DNA from: Nymphaea colorata
Taxonomy: Eukaryota
NCBI RefSeq assembly: GCF_008831285.2
Contig: NC_045138.2
Span: 2,604,001 to 2,668,000, forward strand
Length of the DNA stretch: 64,000 nt
Direction: 5' to 3'
The notes under the pieces were generated by a model. The model saw only the letters and a list, made by a program, of their open reading frames with translations. It did not search any database and was not told the DNA's origin. This document shows positions 12,557 through 26,190 of the stretch, one piece after another. The number at the start of each line of letters is the position of its first letter. Within the stretch, counting starts at the first letter, position 1. The position numbers were made by a program, and so were the translations under genes.

Positions 12557-13252
12557 GCCCTTCTGTGAGTAATTGCACTGACAAAGCTCCATAAGTGCCA
12601 AAGAAGAGGATCATGGTTCACATGAAGAAGATCTCGTCCAAGTTCACGAACTTGGTCGTGTTCCACATGATCTTTCATCAAGGAAGCAGCATGAAGACAT
12701 CATGGAGTCCCAGCTTAGCGCTTCTGTTGTACATAAACTGTAATATTTTTTGCAGTAGTCTTCTTTGTAATATTTCATAACTTACTGCAGAATCCATTTC
12801 ATTTACATCACATTGTACAATTAATAAACCTTTAGTGCTAATATACTTCATTACTCCCTCGAATTTAAGATCTGAAGCTTTCCTTCTTACGAGTAATTTT
12901 CCAAATACACTCCATACAATGCGATTAAGACCACCCATCAGAATCATACTCGCATTCAGAACACGAAATCGCTAACTGAATCCGACTGTGATTGTTATTC
13001 ATATTTTCATTTGTTCAACAAAATCCGATCCTCTGCTGTCCGATCCTTTTCCTATTGAAAACTTGGACCCAGTCCTGAACCATTGGTTTTCAAGGACAGG
13101 CTACCCATCGGAGACAAACAAAAAGGAAACCGGCTTGTTGGGGAGGTGCGACTTTCTTCCCGAATTCCTTCCCCCGAAGTACAGATCAGACACCTCCTTA
13201 CATTTTACAACTGCTCATACCGAGAAAATAGAGCAACATCTTGACGATTAGG

Positions 13253-13291
<39 letters not shown>

Positions 13292-13523
13292 TAAGCATGA
13301 AAAACAGAACGTGGAGTCCAGAGCAATGAGATCAATATATGCAATGCAAAATGCAACAGACACGAAGCATTTTGCTTGTAAAACACAGCAGATGGAATTA
13401 CACATTCGCTACCAACAAAGCTCAACAAGTACCACAACAGCACAATTAGCAAAAAAATTGGAAAGAAGATGTGAAGCCCAGAGACAGGTTGCCTACGGAA
13501 AGAATCGGAAGTAAGTTTAGATG

Positions 13524-16500
13524 CTAAGTTCTAACTCCTTGGAAGGAAGAAGACAGTATTCTGAAGAGCCCATCAGGATTGTCTGCATGAACCTGCAATG
13601 TTTAGATTATTCAAGTTTAGAACATGGTCTGGTACTCAGATAAAAGCTGGCTGAGGAAGAAAGATCCAGGACTCAGCGATGGTCTGGCAGTTAAACAAAA
13701 CAATCGTTGTCACAAAAAAGCAATATGGAAGTATGAAACTATCAGCAATATGAAAGGAATACCCAATGCCCTGCATCCTCAAGAACATGCATTTCAATCC
13801 CAGCTCCCTCGTCTGCTGCCATCTCTTCTGCCGCATGTATTCTCTGAATATCTTCAAGGGCCCATCTATGCAAGCTCCTCTCAGCTTTCAAGAAGTTCAC
13901 ATGCACACCCCGAGGCACGTCCTCCACAATTTTCCTGCACGAACATGTATCAGGTACCTCTTTTGCAGAAAGTGAAGTTTGGAACAAAAGGCACCTTGAA
14001 ACTAAAATATTTCTATACCATAGATTTGTTTCTTCATATGACTCATACATCTTTTCAATACCCTCAAGGTCAAAGATCCAAGAGAAGCCTGAAGATGACA
14101 GAGGTGATGGTCCAACTGGCCGGAGATTTGTTGCGACCCACTAAGAAGCAATGCAGGAAGAACAGAACAGGTTAGAATGCAAACACATGAAAGAAGAGAA
14201 CAGCTTAGCACATAAAGTCTTTACAGAAACGTTAAGTACCATTTGATTTCATAAAAGATCTACAGACATGTAATGACTTTGAGAAATATCCCATTTGTAG
14301 TACCAAGAGTCAAACATACCTGGGCTACATCATTGGAGAAACCTTCTTGTACAAGAGCATTTATGACCACCTGCTTAGATGATACCTGAACAAGGAAGGG
14401 ACAATAAGTTTAGAAGGTGAGACTTTCCTGCAAAGTAGGACTCAAAGCAATTACTTTGGCATGAATTAGAAACTCGAACCAGCAAATTTAGACTTACAAA
14501 AATAAAAATAACAATCACTGGCTGAAACTGCAATCTTGCTTCATGAATGAACAAATAATCACAGATGCACATAAGAAATTCATGCAAGCCAGGAAGAGTA
14601 CTGTAACATTAAAACCATCAGCCTAGCCCATGGCGATTAACAGGACAGTTCCCAGTTCACTGTCAACTATGAAGATATCTGTACAAACTCAAGCTCTTTC
14701 TAAATGACAAGACTATTCTCCACTGTTATGTTATTTATGATGCTCTATTCATGCCAAAAGGAACTAGGTTTCACACCCTTGTCAGAGAATATGTCAGAAG
14801 TACCTAATAAAAGAATGTTGATTCGTTGAATAAATCTCTCGTAATATTTTCTCTTGTTGAAGTTCAAAATCAGTTTTATATTTCCATGCAGGCATATGAA
14901 ATTTTGTGACTCCACTATAATAGTATTGCAAATATCAGAAAAGAAGCCACCAGAAGCAGCAGGTCATGTAGAAAAAGGAAACCGGTTATGTTGATCCCCA
15001 CAGGATAGGCCAAACATCCACTTTATTAGAGTTGTACTGCAAAAAAATATTCTAATAATAAATCACAATTTGTAGGCAGAAGGAGCCCTCAAGTGAAAAT
15101 GAACAAGCAGCACCATAAATACTAGAAGAAGAAAGCATCATACTGTACCTTATTTGGCATTTTACTGAGAAATGAAATTAACTCAGCAGGATGATCTTCT
15201 CCATCACCTCCAGGACGAACTTTTCCAGGGGTTGCATCCAAAACCCAAACCTGGACCAAAGAGAAAAATATAAAAAGAAAACGAAAATTTTGTGAGCTCA
15301 AGTCCTTCAGTGGGAAAGAACCAAGAAAGGGACCAAAAGGAAACAAATTGCTGATCTTTAATGTTGAATAGGTGAGAAGATAAAATTTTCTTTCCCTTGA
15401 AAAAACCAAGGAGAAAATAATTAGAATTTAGAATATGTTAGCACTACCTTAACAGGTCGTGCAAGGGGTTTGGCAGCTTGATCCACCATGCTCAAGGCAA
15501 CTGTATAAATCAATGACTTCTGTTAGCCACCTACGCATATATATACAAGCATGTAAACATACAGTCAAAGAACTACATGAGACAGATTCATTGTCTTCAT
15601 GTCCAGTTCAAAGAGCATTAACAAATTCAACCATCATAATCATCTAAGCAACAACAGACAAAAATTATGGAAAGGGAGTGCATATTCATACCTTTACCAC
15701 CAAAGCTATGTCCAACCAGAACGCGGGGTGTTATTTTCAGTTTTCCCACCTGCAGGAACAAACATATTATATTATTATTACACAAAAGCATCACTTTAAA
15801 GTTTAAACATGTTCCAAACCAACAAAATTTAATGAATATTCAGCAAATGTTTTATCAAGAATATTCTTCCACCTAATAGATAAGAGGCAAAGGGTGAAAC
15901 AGTATATTTGTTAAGGGCCTCATTGACTATAGCCTATAGTGATAGATGTACCCACAATATGCATCAAACAATTGACAAGTTGAACACAGGAACAAAATGC
16001 CTGCACTTTTACATTTTCCTTGTGATGTGTAGGACAAAAAAGTCACTTTTAGAGAAATTTTTCTTTATTTTGTGTTACTAGAACAGAGCAAGTTGCAATG
16101 CATGGTTCAAATTCAAACTATCCAATCTAATATGTTTTTTCCATCTCACTGGCATTGAACAATTCAAACATAAGATGCATGACAAGAGCAATTCTGTTCA
16201 CCAAAGCAAATGCTAGACATCAACCAGTTTTGTTTACCTATGCAGAAACAATATTGTGTGTTCAAGTCTTATCAATACACTCTGTATTGGCCCATGCCAC
16301 AACCCTTCACTGAAACTATACAAGTTGATTGAACTCTTGACAATTTTCTTGCTTTTTAATTTTTGAATTAGTTTAGATTAGGTTTTAACTTTTAAATATG
16401 TTCTAAATAGGAAAAATTTCAACTCAAAGGTGTTACTAACATCAAAAAATAATATTTCAGGTCTGCCACCTTTCTTTATTGAAAGTTTGATCAATTAACT

Positions 16501-19424
16501 TCAAGGACCAATCCTCCTATTTCTAGTATAAAACAATGTATTCCGTATTCCCATGATAGCCTATTTAAATGCTTATAGTGATTTCAAAGTTCAAACTTCA
16601 AACAAAGCCAGAACCTTTTCTGCATCATCAGCTACACAATGAACTAAATTCTCACCAATTTCAGGACATCTAAGGCTGTTGAAGCAACAGTATGAGGTGC
16701 ATTTTTCTTTATTGAAGCAGAATCACCATGACACCGCAAATCAACCAAGAGAAACTGCAGCAACAAAGAACCAAACGTATCACCATGAATCAATGAGAGA
16801 TTTTGGCAAAGTAAAATGGTACCAAGAGGCTAGATGACTATAGCTGACAAGAAGGACCAAAGTTTTTTTCTACAACAAGGGAAACCATTGAATTTCTTAA
16901 AGGTGCCATACTTGTAGACCCACAAGGTGCAATTTAAACATCTCCTGTTCTGGTTTCACCTCAAACCTCTGACTCATCATCCATTGCCCACCAGGGAAAT
17001 CTGCCCATTAACCTTGGTTTGTGGCAAAGGACACAAAAGCATGCCCCCTTCAACTTGGAGATTATTAGCTGACCATGAAGCTAGTTGCTAGAGTCCTTTT
17101 GTGCAGACATGGACAAATGAATTCCAACTCTAATAAGAAATTGGATATGACAGACAGCTGAAATCAACATTGCGATGATTGGTCTCCTTTCATTATACTT
17201 GACAGTTGAACACTGAACAAATTGTAAACAAGGTGCTAAAAACTCCAGGAAATTCACAATTTTGTACTATAGCTTCAAATCAGAAAAAAGAAAAAAATCA
17301 TGTTAAGTACCTGCCACATTGGAAACTGACTAGCCAATCTCCTAGCAAAGGAACCTGAAATGAAATTCAAGAATTTTTTATACCCTGAAAATGTCATTTA
17401 TGTACTGAGAATAATAAGGTTCACTCTTACAGTTGTGAGCACTCCTCTATTAGAAAACACTTGTTAAAATAAGACCACCTGAATAGTAAAAAAATATAGC
17501 TTGCATTTCGAAAAACGGGCATATATAGTCCACATCTTCATGCCATGTATAGCATCTACAAAGAGCTACTGACATACATCTCAAGAAAGGGAAAATCCAA
17601 AGAAAAGAAAGGATAAGACAAGAAACAAGTTTCGTACCCCAATTCTTCCTGCTGCCTAGAATTCCATGTAGAAGAACAGCAGTTGGAGGATCTGAGGCAG
17701 CTTTTATACCAACTGTAGAAGACCACCTAACCTGCATGGAAACATCCCACTTCTTTGGATTAAGTATTCATAAGTAAATATTAAAACAAAAAAAAAACAC
17801 TTAAAATCAGTGTAAATTCCATACAAACACCAAGCATTTTCTCCTCCTTTCACCTGATATTGTAAGACTGTCACAACGATATAAATGTAAATTAACTAAT
17901 TAAGATAGACAGGATCTTAAAAGTACAATGAAAGACAAGGAAACAGAGCATCTCAAGATTTCAGCAAGTAATCTTAACAACAAACACCAAATTGGCCATG
18001 CAGAGCAAAAAATTAATGGCTCAAAAATATGGTGTAGCAAGCACCCTAATTCAGAGGATCCAGCATAAGGGTTCCTATGAGTTGTAGCCAGATGCTAGGT
18101 GACAAGCGTGCCTACCTGACCAAGCCCATCAACAACCTAACTAGTTCTTTCCTGTATTTGCTCCATGCCAAAGAGTTATCAGGCTTGAGCTCTAAAAGTT
18201 GCCAGACAATCAATAATAGATTGAAGAATATAAGACAATGGCAACTATAACTCAGTTCATCACAATGAGGCAGGTGAGAGAGACATTGTGTGTATGTGTG
18301 GGGGAGGATGGTGAGAAGAGAAGAGAGAGAGAGAGTGACATCTCTCAACAACTCATTGTTCAACAAAGTCTGAAACCTACTTCCCGTTATCATTGGATGG
18401 TGATGACTGATGACTGGTTGCAGCTTGCCAGCAAATGCACTCTTTCCATTTTACAAATTTCTCTAAACACCTTGGGCAGAACAGAGTGTTTTAAAAACTT
18501 GTTGTACCTAATTTGCTACCTAGGACCTTTTGAAGGGCATGATCGAACCAGTAGCAACACAAAAAAACAATAAGGTTAGATTGAGCCATGAAAAATTAAG
18601 CCCACTGCAACAACTATAACCTACCTGTACCAGGTCAGGCACCTATAGCGCATTGGGTATTCAAGAAATGTCAGCCAGTAAATATATTCTTCCATGCAGG
18701 TGAAAACACGAGTCAAAACAATCTGGAGGGAAGAATTGAACTTACATTAGCTCCTTGAATCAGATCATAAGCCTGCAAGACAGATATCTGAGTTTAGCTT
18801 AACCAAAGAAAGGTAAAGTGCTCTACATGACATGATTATCTGCAGAAATACTCTGTAAAAATCAAAATAATGCAAAAAAACTAGCTGCAATGGTTAGCTT
18901 GAGAAAATAAATTACTTACTGAACTAACCCTTGCATAGCTAAATAAAATATGGCATTATGGTTCTGATAATACTGCAAAATTAATTAACCCTGTAAGAAA
19001 TTACTACGGCAACCGCCTACCAGAACCTCAGCTGCTCTACTGCTGACATCTTGAACTCGAGCTAGTCTGTCGTCCACCAACGTCATATAAACCGAGTGTC
19101 CTGATTTTGGTCTATTCAAAGGCTCCTTCCATGGTTGACGCGAAACAAAAAGCGCCTTGGGAAATCCATTGCCCTATAAAAAAGGAAGATATCCGCTTAT
19201 ATAATCCAAATAGAACAGAATGAAAACAACCTTCAACAATGTTTTCACTTATACAATCAAAATAGAGAAAAGAATCGTAAGAAGAACTTGAATTTTGATA
19301 ATAAATTCTACTTTCAACAAGAGCCATGTTAAATAAACTCTTCTGCAACGCAATGCACCTTCCTTGCGTGTTCTACTGCTTTTAAAAAAAAATATCCCGG
19401 AAGGGGAATGATCTATTAATCTTC

Positions 19425-19467
<43 letters not shown>

Positions 19468-20119
19468 AGAAAACAGAAAACGGAAATTATGCATAATAAC
19501 TGTGAAGTATCTCGAACCATTGTTCTCAATTCTTCATATGGACTAAACAAACCCCAAAATTTCCAGGCCAAAAAAAAAAAATCACAACCGACATTATCCT
19601 TAGTTCCTTACCTCTTCCATACTTCTCTAAGTGCACTCTGCCAAAAGACCACCCAACCCACATTGATGTTAATTGTGAACCCCATAACGTGAATCATGTT
19701 AAATCAACCTCCAAACCGTAAAGGGCAAACTGGCAAAGAGAAGTGGGGAAAATCGTAATGTACATGAACGTCAGGGCATATAACAAAGTTCCTGTTGGCA
19801 ACAATTCAATGCCGGCAAAGAGAGAGAGATAGAGAGAGAAAAATGACTAAAAACTTTGACCACCAAACGCTGCTGAACAAAAACATGGTAAACCAAACTG
19901 CTTTGATGTTACGAGGTAGAAGAACGACCAAAAGGGAGAAATGAATACAAAAGAGGAAATAAAGTAAAAAGAACGCACCAAGAATGACGATCTGAAGCTC
20001 GCATTTGCCGCTCCAGACTGCAGCTCCCGTCGGTCGCCGGACAAACCCGATCTCCGGTCATTGATTGCAAGGGGCCCCTGCTCGCGCCCGGGAACGAGCA
20101 GCTTAATCGCCCCCGCCAT
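13524..20119 (-). CDS. ABHD11: Alpha/beta hydrolase, ABHD11-like, about 13 exons, with a probable organellar transit peptide
   Basis: Spliced exons read AYDLIQGAN|VRWSS..PTAVLLHGILGSRKNWG, FLLVDLRCHGDS, LVGHSFGGK (GxSxG nucleophile, ~15690-15750), VWVLDATPGKVR, LEDAGHW|VHADNPDGLFRIL. Stop TAG at 13524-13526. First exon 20119-19979 (start codon inferred). Confidence 0.88.
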
Positions 20120-21019
20120 CTCAATAGCTCATCCGGAGAAATTCGGGGAAACAGATTGAAGGAGGAAAGCAGAAGAGGACCGTCCCACCCCAAAAAAGAG
20201 GACGAGAGAGAGAGAGAGAGGCGGAGATGCCAACGCTGCAACTTGGCGCGTGTGGAACACAATTTTCCAAAAGGCTCCTCGTTCAAACGAGAGAGTTTCA
20301 TAATCAGTCTCCTTTTTATGTAATTTCTGATAGGCTCGCCATTGAAGAGGGGCACTTGGGTATTACAGTGTTGTCATTTATGACCCAAGTGAGGTGGAAC
20401 CGTGGAACAAACAATTTGTCCAAATTCGAAAATATTCAAAATTTCTTTTTTTTTTATTAAATATTTTATTGTTTGTTAATTAAATTTTGATGAGTGAAAA
20501 AAAAAAAGAAAATGGCATACGAGCCAGTTTGAATATTATTTGTTTTCCGTTTTTAAGAAAGATATAAATATTATTCATCTTTAATAAAAATTTATTATAA
20601 TTCTGATTCGATTGAATCGACTACCGAAATCTTCCCACTACCAGATTCGATCCAAAAACCAATTTTAAATTTACTAATGAATATTAGTTTGTAATCCACC
20701 TTGTGTGCATAGGAACATGACAATGCTTGGGATTTGAATAATTTCAATTACATGAAAATCAAATTTATACAGCCAGAAGAAATAAAATTTCACAACCATA
20801 TCTTTTTTTTTTTTTTTTTTGCACTTGCAAAGTTCAATATTTATCTCAGCTTGAGAAAGCCCCCATTAATAATCTGTTAAATAAGCCCCCATTAATGACA
20901 TGTTTTACTTTTTCTTTTCAAGAAATATGATTTTGATGTCTAATAACCTTAAGGCGTCACAAAATCACAAAGCAAAGCAGGTCTGCCTGAACCCTAGCAG
21001 GATAAGAGGTTGGGGGAAA

Positions 21020-21192
21020 GCGCAAGGGCAGAGCCAGAAAATTTTTATGTGCGAGGCCAAATTAAAGCTTTTAAGTTTTGACATGGGCAGAAGTATTACT
21101 TTTCAAAATTTTTATATAAAATAAGTAAAATTTTTTAAAATTTAGGTATAAATTAAAAAAAAAAAGCCAAGGCTCACGTGGCTCTGCCCCTA
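21020..21192. mobile_element. Short MITE (GGGCAGAGCC TIR family; related copies at 30175-30320, 30500-30705, 37095-37270)
   Basis: Termini AGGGCAGAGCC ... GGCTCTGCCCCT. The internal AATTAAAG..TTTTGAC..TTTTCAAAATTTTTATATAA core is shared with the other copies. Confidence 0.7.
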
Positions 21193-21962
21193 GGGAGAGG
21201 GGAGGTTTAGCTTCACTCCTCTTGTTTTCTCAAACCATGCATCGGTCATAATCACACCACGCCGTTTTTATAGAAAAAGCATGACATTCTTGTATTAAAT
21301 TGAGTGTATTAGACAATGTTGTTGTTGTCAAACACCTCTTTTATTTTCTCACCAACTGTTTGTGAGAACATGAGAATTTAAGTGTTGGCATTTTATGTTT
21401 TGAAAAAGCATTTTATGAGACAGAAATCAAAATAAATTAGTTAGGATCAAGGGTGAAAAAGAAAAGGCTCTTTAAAGTCACCCAGCCATTTAACCAGGAC
21501 CATGCAATCCATTATGATGAACAAGTACGATAAAAATAAAAATTACTAACATTTTCAACATCTACTATTACTTCTCATTTTTCATATTTTTTTATCAATC
21601 AATTCATCTATATCAAATACACGAGAACGATGGAGAGAAAAACAATAACAAAAAAGCAATGAACATTTTGAGTATATAATACTAACGTATATATTTTTCT
21701 TATTTTCTTAATCGTCTTTGATCATGGATCAAACAACTCTTAAGCTACAGAATTTCTCTCACTTTCTTTGTTTTTTTTTTCTCTCTCTTTCTCTTTATAT
21801 ATATATATATATACTATTCATATCTGTTTAAAAACTCTAAGTCCAAGAAAAAATCTCCCACAGAAAAGAAAAGAAAAAGAAGAGAGAGAACCACAAATGT
21901 GTTTGGTAGCTGCTGGTTGAAGTCACATGCTTTCTTGGTTTACATAGGCTCTGCCACTTCTT

Positions 21963-21994
<32 letters not shown>

Positions 21995-23414
21995 ACAGAG
22001 GTATTTCTTTTGTTTTTTATGTCACAATTTTTTTCGACCACTCAACGTTTTAAATCTTTTTAACTTATTGTTATCAATATAAATGCGTAGTCATCACGTA
22101 GGACATAATGCACCCCGATACACAATATATTCACCCCCAAACGAAATGAGAAAAAATAAGACGTGCCTCTTTTGGAATCCGGCCCTTCAAGAAGTCGCAT
22201 TTTCACTTTGAACCATAATAACTGCCCGTTCTTTGCAAATGAGACAGAACGAAGGTTGCCCTTGGAAATATCCTGTAACGACTGTGCCTATGCCGCAAAG
22301 GATCCTTAATGGACACGGCAAATAATGGAGACCGTTGAAGGAGGGGAAAGGGAGAGTTAGGCCAGCTATAGCTGGGACCAACGGTCCAACATGCACGTCA
22401 AAAACTGCAAGCGCGTGGTTGAGCCTTGTATGACACCATGTCCATTTTTTATGTGTCACATTTTCATATTCATCATGCAATAAGCCACACTCAAATCCGC
22501 TCCTTTTGATACCAGAGCTTTGTAATATATTTTATAGTTAAGGAAAGTCTTATGAAGCCTGTTCCATAAACAAATAGTAGCAAATTATCCTCAACCTATT
22601 CAGGGATTGATGAAATCTCTGTAAGTATGTCTGCTTTATCTATGAAATAAAAATATTAATTTTCCTTACGAGCATATGTTGGCATTTTGACAAAAGGTGT
22701 AGCATAGTCAGTCAGAACACATAAATCCTTTATTGTTTGATGTTTTATATGAGGCCGAAAGGAGTTTAATATATAAAAGGTCAATTACTTTTTGTTCTCG
22801 TTTTATGTCAACTGATTAGAAGAGCTAAAATAAGGCATAAGGTCTCGTGGGCTTGGATACAACAACATGACATGTTTTTGTTGATAGGACAAAAGATCAA
22901 TAGCAAAATCTATGTTAGTCAAACTAAGAAACATATGTCACCTAGGATCGAGAATTCTTAATTTACTTCTTTATGTTATAAAAAGGTCAGATTTAAACTA
23001 AGAGGAGGAATGATCCGGTTCTCAAATCTAACAAACGACCCTTTTATTTCTGCACATTTTAAGTAGTTAAAAGAAAAAAAAAAATAAAACTTAAGATTCG
23101 AACATGCTTTGCTGTTTTTCTTAAAAACCTTAACCAAAATAGTGATTAAAATCTAAAAAAAAATTAAATATACCAAAATCTTGGGAGACAAAATAGTGAT
23201 TAAAATCTCAAAAAAAATTAAATATACCAAAATCTTGAGAGACATTGTTTTGGCCCTCTTTCATAAAAGATCGCAGATCTCACTCTTCTTTTTATATTTT
23301 TCCTGTTTTTCCAAGTTTTTGTTTTTAGAAAAACGAGAGGTTTGTGGCGATTGAACGTCTCGGCTTCCTTAACAACACCATGCAGCAAAACGGGAGAAAT
23401 GCAAACACGAGCCC

Positions 23415-25580
23415 ATGCCTCAATTTCCACTGAAATCACATACATCATTGACGGCAGGAAGCTCCCTCCCCACTCTTCCTTCTCTGAACTACCCGCCATG
23501 GGAGCCAACGCTCGTTGCCTCTCTCCTATCCAGCATAAAGAGCTTCACCAACCAGGGCCAGCTAGCCAAGGCGTTCAAAGCATTCTCCCTCCTCCTCCAT
23601 CATGGAGTCACCTGCAACCTCCCCGCCGTCTCCTCCATTCTTCACACCTGTGCATCCTTCAAGTGCCTCCCACAAGGCAAGCAGCTCCACGCTCATTCAG
23701 TTTGCTGTGGTATCCACCAACACCCTTTATTGGTCAAAAGGCTTGTTGCCATGTACTCGAGCTGTGGAAGTTTCCCAGATGCCCATTTGGTCGTTGAAAG
23801 CTCAGGAACTAGAGACGTATTTCCGTGGAATGTGTTGATATCTGCCTATGTAAAAAGTGGGTTCTTTAAGGAAGCTCTTGGTGCTTACAGGAGCATGGTG
23901 GAATTTGGAGTCGCTGCTGATAATTTTTCATACCCTTCAGTTCTGAAGGCGTGTGGAGAAATGGGCGACCTGGATTTGGGGAGGAAGGTTCATGGGAGGA
24001 TAGGCACAAGCGGGTTAGAGTGGAATATATTTGTTCACAACGCTCTGCTAACGATGTATGCAAGGTGCGGGGAAATCGGCGTCGCGCGCCAAGTGTTTGA
24101 TGAAATGCCGGAGAGAGACGTTGTATCTGGGAATGCGATGATTGAAGGGTACGCGCAGGAGGGTATGTGGGAACAAGCGTTCCATTTGTTTGAAACCATG
24201 CAGCTGGATGGTTGGTTGGCGAATGCAGTGACTTGGAACACGATTGCTGGGGGAAACGTGCAGATGGGGAAGTTTGAAGAAGCTTTGAAGCTGATTTCAC
24301 AGATGAGAGCCAGCGGTGTTAATTTTGATTCTGTTTCATTGGTGGTTGGTCTGACTGCATGTTCTCATTTGGGAAGCCTCAGGCCTGGTAAAGAGATCCA
24401 TGGCTTTGCGGTTCGTTCATTTTGGGATGTAACAGAGACATTTAAGAATGCACTGATTACCATGTACACAAGATGCAAGGATTTTAAGGGCGCTCGCCTT
24501 CTATTTGAGAAGATCCTGGAAAAGAGTTTGATATCGTGGAATGCTATAATTGCTGGTTATGCACATAGTGACTGTGCTGAAGATGCGTCATGTTTGTTCA
24601 GGAAAATGGTATTTTCAAATATAAAACCCAATTACGTCACGTTGGCTAGTATTCTCTCAGTCATTTCTCGTGTTGCAAATCTCCAACACGGTAAGGAGCT
24701 ACACTGTTACCTGATAAAGAACAGCTATGATGACTATTTGTTGTTGTGGAACTCCCTTGTGAACATGTACAGAAATTCAGGAAGGATATCAGATGCTCGT
24801 AGAGTTTTTGATTTGATCCCGAAGAAGGATGAGATTTCCTATACGGCTTTGATTGCTGGTTATGGGATGCAAGGGAAAGGTGAAGAAGCTATTAAGCTAT
24901 TTGATGAGATGGTGAGATGCAATATCAAGCCAGATCATATAACTATGGTTGTAGTACTATCTGCCTGCAGTCATTCTGGGTTGGTGAAAGAAGGCCGAGC
25001 ACTTTTTGACAAAATGATCAAAGATTACAAAATAAAGCTTAGGATGGAACATTATGCTTGTATTGTGGATCTTCTTGGTAGGGCAGGTTTGTTGCAGGAA
25101 GCAGAGGAAATCATAACTCAGATGCCTTTTAAGCCCAGTTCTGCCATGTGGGCCACTCTGATAGGTGCATGTCGGATACATGGAAACATGGAAATTGGGG
25201 GATGGGCTGCAGAAAATCTTTTAGATATGAAACCTGAAAATCCTGGCTATTATGTACTTATTGCAAATATGTATGCAGCTGCTGGGCGCTGGGATAAATT
25301 AGCAGAAGTTAGAGTACTGATGAGGAACAGAGGTCTGAAAAAGCCTCCTGGATGCACCTGGATAGAATTGGATAATAGGTCCCATCCTTTCCTTGTGGGA
25401 GATAGAACAAACGCACAAGCACAAGAGATTTATTCAATGCTGGATGGCCTGACCATTCAGATGAAGGATGCTGGTTATGTAGCAAATTGGGATTTTGATT
25501 TGGAGGTGTGCGATTTAATAGAGGACGAAGTTCAAGGGCACATGGATGATTTGGTTCTGATGCAGGAAGCAATTAGCTGA
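23415..25580 (+). CDS. Pentatricopeptide repeat protein, PLS subfamily, E/E+ class (no DYW), intronless
   Basis: 721-aa ORF of tandem P/L/S motifs (WNVLISAY, YPSVLKACG, NALLTMYARCG). E domain EHYACIVDLLGRAG..WATLIGACRIHGN..GYYVLIANMYA and PGCTWIE. Resembles Arabidopsis At1g71490 (from memory, not searched). Confidence 0.95.
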   Translation: MPQFPLKSHTSLTAGSSLPTLPSLNYPPWEPTLVASLLSSIKSFTNQGQLAKAFKAFSLLLHHGVTCNLPAVSSILHTCASFKCLPQGKQLHAHSVCCGIHQHPLLVKRLVAMYSSCGSFPDAHLVVESSGTRDVFPWNVLISAYVKSGFFKEALGAYRSMVEFGVAADNFSYPSVLKACGEMGDLDLGRKVHGRIGTSGLEWNIFVHNALLTMYARCGEIGVARQVFDEMPERDVVSGNAMIEGYAQEGMWEQAFHLFETMQLDGWLANAVTWNTIAGGNVQMGKFEEALKLISQMRASGVNFDSVSLVVGLTACSHLGSLRPGKEIHGFAVRSFWDVTETFKNALITMYTRCKDFKGARLLFEKILEKSLISWNAIIAGYAHSDCAEDASCLFRKMVFSNIKPNYVTLASILSVISRVANLQHGKELHCYLIKNSYDDYLLLWNSLVNMYRNSGRISDARRVFDLIPKKDEISYTALIAGYGMQGKGEEAIKLFDEMVRCNIKPDHITMVVVLSACSHSGLVKEGRALFDKMIKDYKIKLRMEHYACIVDLLGRAGLLQEAEEIITQMPFKPSSAMWATLIGACRIHGNMEIGGWAAENLLDMKPENPGYYVLIANMYAAAGRWDKLAEVRVLMRNRGLKKPPGCTWIELDNRSHPFLVGDRTNAQAQEIYSMLDGLTIQMKDAGYVANWDFDLEVCDLIEDEVQGHMDDLVLMQEAIS

Positions 25581-25679
25581 TTCGGTGATGTGCCTTAGTT
25601 GAACAATGCCCCTTCATGCGGGGAACCAAACAAGTAACAAAGGTGCCGGATCAGCAACCATTCTTACATACAATGTTGC

Positions 25680-26190
25680 AGAGGGAAATAAAAGTATACA
25701 GAGTGGTATACCGTAAGGTGTAAACTAACAGGTAAAAGTTGGCTCACCAATTTTATACAGAGCAGAGGCAGATCACCATTGGTTACAGACCCAAGGCACT
25801 GATAGCTATCAAAATTACATATTTACAGTATTCTTCTTAGATGACAAGGGAGCAGTCTTGCTGCAGTCTTCCATATGCTTTGATATGAGCTATCTGCAAG
25901 TTGAGGAATTTGTTGTAAATCCAGAGGTACTCTGTTGGCACTCTGTTAAGAGAATGGGATAATAGGTCAGCAAACGGATGTACGAAAACACATGCAAATA
26001 CTGCACCGCTTCCATATGTGATGACGTCTATTTTGTTATTGATGGTTGTCATAACCAACCCCAATTCACAGAAAAAATATGAACACCTGATAGGTGCTTA
26101 TAGCAGAAGAAAATGAATAATTCATTGGCATACAAGGGCTAGCTCCAGAAGCTTCACCAGCAGGTTCTAACATATCTTCTGTAATTGTGT
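25680..26190 (-). pseudogene. Decayed 3' remnant (last two exons, intron, 3' UTR) of the SnoaL/NTF2 gene
   Basis: Collinear similarity to 51770-52225, e.g. AAATTACATATTTACAGT, GCAAGTTGAGGAA, CTGTTAAGA, AAATGAATAATTCA.TGGCATAC, AGCAGGTTC. The remnant last exon reads SANRVPLDLQQIPQLADSS versus intact GAIRGVTLLLQQFPQLADRL*. Confidence 0.85.

Noticed and set aside
23130..23243. Short two-copy tandem duplications here and at ~31740-32008, 40228-40260 and 57875-58000
   Set aside because: Ordinary local duplications with no further structure.
24121..24140. PPR motif reads VVSGNAMI where VVSWNAMI is usual
   Set aside because: Single substitution or sequencing error. The ORF is otherwise intact, so there is no ground for a pseudogene call.
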